A DNA stretch of 64,000 nt from an uncultured delta proteobacterium (lineage in GTDB: Bacteria > Desulfobacterota > Binatia > UBA9968): contig CAVWLW010000050.1 of NCBI GenBank assembly GCA_963755715.1, positions 53,189 through 117,188 on the forward strand, in the 5' to 3' direction. This document shows positions 59,589-64,000 of this stretch, piece by piece. Position numbers and translations under genes: made by a program. Positions within the stretch are counted from its first letter, which is position 1, and every line of letters begins with the position of its first letter. The notes beneath the pieces were generated by a model. It was given only the letters and a program-made list of their open reading frames with translations, did no database searches and was not told the origin of the DNA.

Positions 59589-62051
59589 TTATGCGACCGC
59601 AGGCTTGATCGCGCGGCCGGTTGAATGAGTCTCCAACGGTCCAAACTGTCGAGCGATAAACTGCTTGATCGATTCATCGTTGGCAAAGATCTTCTGGGCG
59701 CGAGCCGTATCGACTTCAATAGCGATAACATTCGGATCGTCGGTCCGGGCCTCCCGGAACACGCCGTTATGAATCATGCGCCGGACGGAAAGCCGATTGT
59801 CGTCCGTCGGGGTTAAGTAGTGCACGAGATCCGTCTTGTATCGATGCAGGAGAAAAAAGTGCATCAGGCTCATCAGACGCCGGGAACGGTATTTTTTGAG
59901 CGTGTTCTGGTCTTTGACCGCGAGAAATTTCCGGCCGGCCCGGTCCTTATCGACTCTAAACATGATCTCGGCTATTTTGTCACGGGCTTCGTCGAAAACA
60001 TTGAGCATCATCTCTTCGGACCCGGCCCATCTCTCCTTCAGCTCGACGCTGAGATCACCGCCGGTGTAAAGGCCTTGGCGGGTCCAGTGCTGCCCCCACA
60101 TGCGCAGCCAACGTTCAAGCACACTCGTCGGCACTTCAACCGCCTTGCGATGCTGCGTCTCGGTTGATTTTCCGCCCATCGAAGTGGTCGTCAGCGACGG
60201 CCCCCTAGCGGCGCGCCGAAACCGGTCCGCCCAACCCCCACCGACAAACGTCTGAGGATACTGCGCTGGATCATTGGCCAAGCGCAGCGCGCGCTGAATC
60301 AATCTGACAAATCCCAGCACGCCTTCTTCCCGTAGCGCCCGCGCTAAGCGGCCGTTCATCAGGGCCTCGGTTTGGTGGCCGCCGTAAGTGATAAAGTTAT
60401 AAACATAGCCCATCTTGCCCAACTCATGGGCATAGCTTCGGATCTGGCCATCGGTGAATCCCCAGGCATCCCAGTTCCAAGACGGCGAGAGATTGTAGGC
60501 CAGCATCTTGTGCGGGAACACCGCATGAATGGCTTCGGCCCAGTCTTTGTCGTCTTCCAAGTCCGGTTTGGCGGTCTCACGCCACACCAGGTCGGCGAAA
60601 GGCGCCATTGCCAACCCGCGACCAATCGCCATTTCCCGCCCGCCGGTAATCGGATAGAAACCTTCCGAGGTTCTCGGCAAATCCCAATCCCAAAAAATAT
60701 CGATGTCCATGGACTTTGCCCGCGCTCGCGCTTCCTCATGCGATACGCCCTTGGCAAATTGCCTCCACCGGTCGATCGGCATCGGTAGTTTCGTCTTGTT
60801 TTGCTGCCGCGTTTCCATAACTTCGGCGACGGCATCGGCATACGTTTTGAGGCCGGCTTTTTCGGCCCAAACCTGGCGGACCGCCGCGAGCACGCTATCC
60901 AGCGTCTCTTCGGTAACTTTTTTGATCATGATCTCAAGGGTCGCCAGTTCTTCGCGAAATTTGCGTTGACCGGTTCGTGGGTGACGAGCCTGCTGGCGGA
61001 GCCGTTTCAAAGCCGCCGCTTCCTTGTTGATCTTCTCGATCCCTTCGGTGATCCGCTGGGTCAAGCGTTCTTGTTTCAGCCATTCGCCCGCGGTCTTATA
61101 CGCCTCTTCCGAGATCCTGTGCAGCAGGTGTCCATTGATCTCCCTGAATCCCGCCTCATAGAATTTTCTAATCACTGCGAGATTGACGTTCTTGAACGGC
61201 ACGATGTGACGATCGGTGGCCCCATAAACGAACGGATGGTCCCGCTCGTCATCCACGGTATCGATGGCCGTCGCATCGTGAGCATCGGTCCGGGCAACAA
61301 TCACCCCCGGCACTTTCATGGCGTCAAACTGTAGACGCGCGGTATTCAGACGCGAGATTATTTCGGCGGTAGAAACAAGAACCTTTTGTCCTTGATGTCC
61401 ACAGACCTTGCATCCTGCGCGTTGGTCTTCGATATGGATTGCGCCGATCTTGTTCTCGACAAATTTCTTGACCAGATTACGAATGTGATGCTCGCCCCCG
61501 TGTCCCGTATCCCCATCGGGAATGATCATGGGCGGGTTAAACTCGATGGCCGGCGTTTTCTTCCGTTGTAATGATGTCATCCTGATCCGGTTGGACCGTT
61601 GCACCTCATCTTGATGCAACAAGGCCCGCACCCACGCAGCCCCTTCCTTGGGGACGCGGTCCAACGCATAGTTGGCGAGGTCTGCGCCCGGGTCCTCGGA
61701 TTCCGATCCCTTGGCGGAAGTGGCCCAGCCCCCCAGATAAAGAACTTTGATGCCTTCCATCACCGCTCGCACCGCTCCCGTCGACGAGAAGGGGCCATAG
61801 GTGATCTCCTGTTTTTTTTCGACGAAAAGCCGCTGCAGATAGTCGTGCATCTTGCGCGCCGATTCTCTGGCGATCGTGTAATCCTCCTGCAGGCTGCCGC
61901 GGAGCGACACGACTTCGAAGGGGGTGTGCAGACGGGTAATGTGGCCGAACCTCTCGCTGTGAAACCAGGTCTCCGTCTCGCGTAACTCTTTCGCCCACTC
62001 CACGGCTTCAGGATCGCGCCGTGCGTCTAGTCGGGTGATTTTTGCAGGCAT
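59589..62051 (-). CDS. aceA: isocitrate lyase, long ICL2-type (ICL core plus C-terminal extra domain)
   Basis: Intact 820-aa ORF. AGGAGG RBS. ICL signature K-[KR]-C-G-H present as GCKVCGHQGQKVLV. Also ..KVLYLGGWATSAKG.. and ..GGEHHIRNLV... The ~280-aa C-terminal extension is typical of mycobacterial-type ICL2. Confidence 0.88.
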   Translation of the reverse strand: MPAKITRLDARRDPEAVEWAKELRETETWFHSERFGHITRLHTPFEVVSLRGSLQEDYTIARESARKMHDYLQRLFVEKKQEITYGPFSSTGAVRAVMEGIKVLYLGGWATSAKGSESEDPGADLANYALDRVPKEGAAWVRALLHQDEVQRSNRIRMTSLQRKKTPAIEFNPPMIIPDGDTGHGGEHHIRNLVKKFVENKIGAIHIEDQRAGCKVCGHQGQKVLVSTAEIISRLNTARLQFDAMKVPGVIVARTDAHDATAIDTVDDERDHPFVYGATDRHIVPFKNVNLAVIRKFYEAGFREINGHLLHRISEEAYKTAGEWLKQERLTQRITEGIEKINKEAAALKRLRQQARHPRTGQRKFREELATLEIMIKKVTEETLDSVLAAVRQVWAEKAGLKTYADAVAEVMETRQQNKTKLPMPIDRWRQFAKGVSHEEARARAKSMDIDIFWDWDLPRTSEGFYPITGGREMAIGRGLAMAPFADLVWRETAKPDLEDDKDWAEAIHAVFPHKMLAYNLSPSWNWDAWGFTDGQIRSYAHELGKMGYVYNFITYGGHQTEALMNGRLARALREEGVLGFVRLIQRALRLANDPAQYPQTFVGGGWADRFRRAARGPSLTTTSMGGKSTETQHRKAVEVPTSVLERWLRMWGQHWTRQGLYTGGDLSVELKERWAGSEEMMLNVFDEARDKIAEIMFRVDKDRAGRKFLAVKDQNTLKKYRSRRLMSLMHFFLLHRYKTDLVHYLTPTDDNRLSVRRMIHNGVFREARTDDPNVIAIEVDTARAQKIFANDESIKQFIARQFGPLETHSTGRAIKPAVA

Positions 62052-62768
62052 GGGGAGTGCCTCCTGAAGTGAGGATGCGTTAAGATCCCAGGGACCTTTA
62101 GACGATCACTTTCAATGGCGAATTACAAGAAGCCGTAGAGTCCTTTCGGTTCGCCGTCGACGACCCAGACGCAGTATGCTGTCGACCCCGAACATCGGCG
62201 CCATTGCAGCTTGCCAGACCGCTTTTCCGAACGATCTCTCCCGGTTCAGTCGGTCACGAACCACGCGCACGAACATGGGCTTTGTGATTCTTCCTCGCGG
62301 AATTCTCGCCACGAAGCGCTTCTCTAACAGGAGTGATAAAAAATTATCAAGATTGTCAAGATTAGAAAGTCTGGCCCTGCGCTCTCCCCTTTCTTTGAGT
62401 CCTCGCGTCAGGAAAGCCGAGCTGGGTCAAGCTAAAAGAATTGTCTTGAATAAAAAGCGTGAGCCACCTCACGCCTGCCTTTACATTTCGACGTTTCGAG
62501 AATTCCCGAAACGTGGAAGTTCGTTCAAGGATTGAAAAGGCTCACAATGAAAAAGTAAGTGATGTGCCAGCCGTACCCAGGAAGAAAATGGCGGTTGGCG
62601 CGCGGCATCGCTGGCTCTTAGAGTAAATGATTCAACCTCAAAAAGTGGACGCTAAGCCTCTAATCGACGCCTATATCACAAACTTATGTCGGGGAATCAA
62701 GATCTTGCGCTGTCCGACCGGCGAGATGTTTCCCTAGAAATTCTGACCCTGTCGTTTCCCCTCTCGGA

Positions 62769-63278
62769 TCATCTTCCCGCCGCGCGCGCTCCAGTTTGTC
62801 CGTCCTGATACCCGAGCGCGCGCGCAATCCAGGCATCAACGCTGACTCTTCCCGGTCCGGAGCAGATTAACCAGACCAAGATGATGATATACATGGTTTC
62901 AGGCAGATAGAGGAAATCGTCGAGCCAGTCGAGAAACGAGAGCCCTTTCGAAATCGTCGCAAGCTGCACCGTCGTGATCGCGACGATCATCTGGATGATA
63001 AGAGCAGCGCAGCACAGGCTCGAAAGCAACCCGATGACGAGCAGGCAGCCGCTGATGAACTCGACCGAGGAGACGAAATAAGTCATGAAATGCGGAAAAG
63101 GAATTCCGGCGCCGGCGAGGGTTTCATACATCCGGCGGGTGTGGCTGGCGACGAAGAGCTTGTTTCCTCCCGAAATGGCGAAAAACATTCCGAGCAAAAC
63201 GCGGGCGAGTAGGATCGAAAATTGCTCCCACGAACGGTTTCCGAGCAGCACTGACCGGATCAATGCATCAGGCTTCAT
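62769..63278 (-). CDS. DoxX-family membrane protein
   Basis: Starts at the internal ATG 63278 (MKPDALIRSVLLGNRSWEQFSILLARVLLGMFFAISGGNKLF.. = DoxX N-terminal pattern). Four TM segments. Confidence 0.65.
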   Translation of the reverse strand: MKPDALIRSVLLGNRSWEQFSILLARVLLGMFFAISGGNKLFVASHTRRMYETLAGAGIPFPHFMTYFVSSVEFISGCLLVIGLLSSLCCAALIIQMIVAITTVQLATISKGLSFLDWLDDFLYLPETMYIIILVWLICSGPGRVSVDAWIARALGYQDGQTGARAAGR

Positions 63279-63416
63279 GGCGTTAGTTCCTCTGCAAGTT
63301 ATCCTATGAAAAGCGTTCCCTCGAACGTCCGCTCGCCTCACGGGCACGTATTCACGTCACTTGTAATATAGTTTATTTTATTGCCTTGGAATCCCCTCGG
63401 GAACAGAGACTAACCG

Positions 63417-63707
63417 ATGACACCAGAGTTGGAACGCGCCGTCGAGCGCTATAGACAGTGGTTCGGTTCCTACAAAAAATCGGGTGAGTTGATAAAAGTG
63501 CAGGTTTGGCTCATCGTCAATAAGGGATGCATCGAGTTTCTGAGCCTCGATGATTCGTACAAAGTTAAGCGCCTACGCAGGAACCCGCGCGTAATTTGCT
63601 ATATCGGCGATAAAGAAGGCCCTCAGATCGCTGGTACTGCCGAAATCGTGATGGGCCGAGACGCCCTCTGGCGGGTCTATCGAGCTATTGGAAAACCCAC
63701 CCGCTAG
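63417..63707 (+). CDS. hypothetical small protein
   Basis: 96-aa ORF with ATG start. No family recognised. Confidence 0.3.
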   Translation: MTPELERAVERYRQWFGSYKKSGELIKVQVWLIVNKGCIEFLSLDDSYKVKRLRRNPRVICYIGDKEGPQIAGTAEIVMGRDALWRVYRAIGKPTR

Positions 63708-64000
63708 TGATGGCAGTCATCGCCCTCCCAATTAGACGGCGCATAAAAACTCGCAAACAGGTTCTCATTCGCGTCCGCCCAGATGAGCCGAATCCCTTGG
63801 CCGGCGTGACGGATCCTGTATTTTGATCCCAAGCCTCTTCTACTCAGCCGGCCAGATTCTCGGTCTTTCAAAAACTCATTACGCCGCGCTTAACCTGACC
63901 ACGAGAATGCTGCCTTATCGGCCTATTGTGGCTTAGGTATCGAATTGATCGGTCCGTGTGATTTGGCCGTGCTCTTGACGAGAAGAGGCTGAATTATCCG

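Noticed and set aside
60801-61334. 177-codon plus-strand ORF inside the aceA region
   Set aside because: It is antisense to the intact isocitrate lyase gene and has no independent signals.

Overview
This 64-kb contig looks like metagenome-type sequence from a Gram-negative-like bacterium with strong AGGAGG ribosome-binding sites and roughly 55-60% GC. It has three parts.

(1) nt 1-14.9k: a TPR regulator gene followed by a four-module non-ribosomal peptide synthetase (NRPS) locus split into two genes. Reading the frames, the domain order is A-T-C-A-T-C-A-T, then an N-terminal docking domain followed by C-A-T-C. At least 15 frameshifts break it. There is a 548-bp out-of-frame tandem duplication inside the third adenylation domain. 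The second gene has no canonical start codon. Sequencing error cannot be excluded, but large neighbouring genes are intact, so I read this as a decaying biosynthetic cluster.

(2) about nt 15.0-18.9k: a lower-GC island. It carries a lysine-rich open reading frame (ORF), a broken alpha/beta-hydrolase, a small ORF encoding a signal-peptide-like peptide, and remnants of a sigma-54 activator.

(3) nt 19-64k: an accessory region with intact metabolic genes:
- molybdenum hydroxylase large subunit coupled to an OsmC-like gene
- TctC-type binding protein
- Dabb-isochorismatase fusion
- ComDE-like TPP decarboxylase
- Phd/YefM antitoxin with a zeta toxin
- CheY-like receiver
- sulfonate-type ABC permease and substrate-binding protein
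- HpaB-family monooxygenase
- aldo/keto reductase
- CocE/NonD hydrolase
- cupin
- universal stress protein
- TauE/SafE membrane protein with its DUF1634 partner
- methyltransferase
- long ICL2-type isocitrate lyase
- DoxX-family membrane protein

These are interleaved with many mobile-element remains: one intact REP-associated tyrosine transposase (RAYT, IS200-like) and at least ten diverged RAYT pseudo-fragments, a frameshifted IS110, an IS3 with perfect 25-bp inverted repeats, an orphan NRPS condensation-domain fragment, and a second zeta-toxin remnant.

The item that most merits a second look is a TIR-domain/transmembrane/discoidin-like protein whose ORF starts directly at the stop codon of a truncated RAYT 5' fragment and is flanked by 35-bp direct repeats of RAYT 5' sequence. 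A lipoprotein gene is flanked by RAYT fragments in the same way. The other main observations are a recurrent REP-like motif CCTG(A/T)CCCC(TTTTCTCGT) at gene ends and at the IS boundary, 9-bp GGAAC periodic expansions inside several RAYT remnants, and six near-identical 141-bp coding repeats in a secreted FG-GAP protein.
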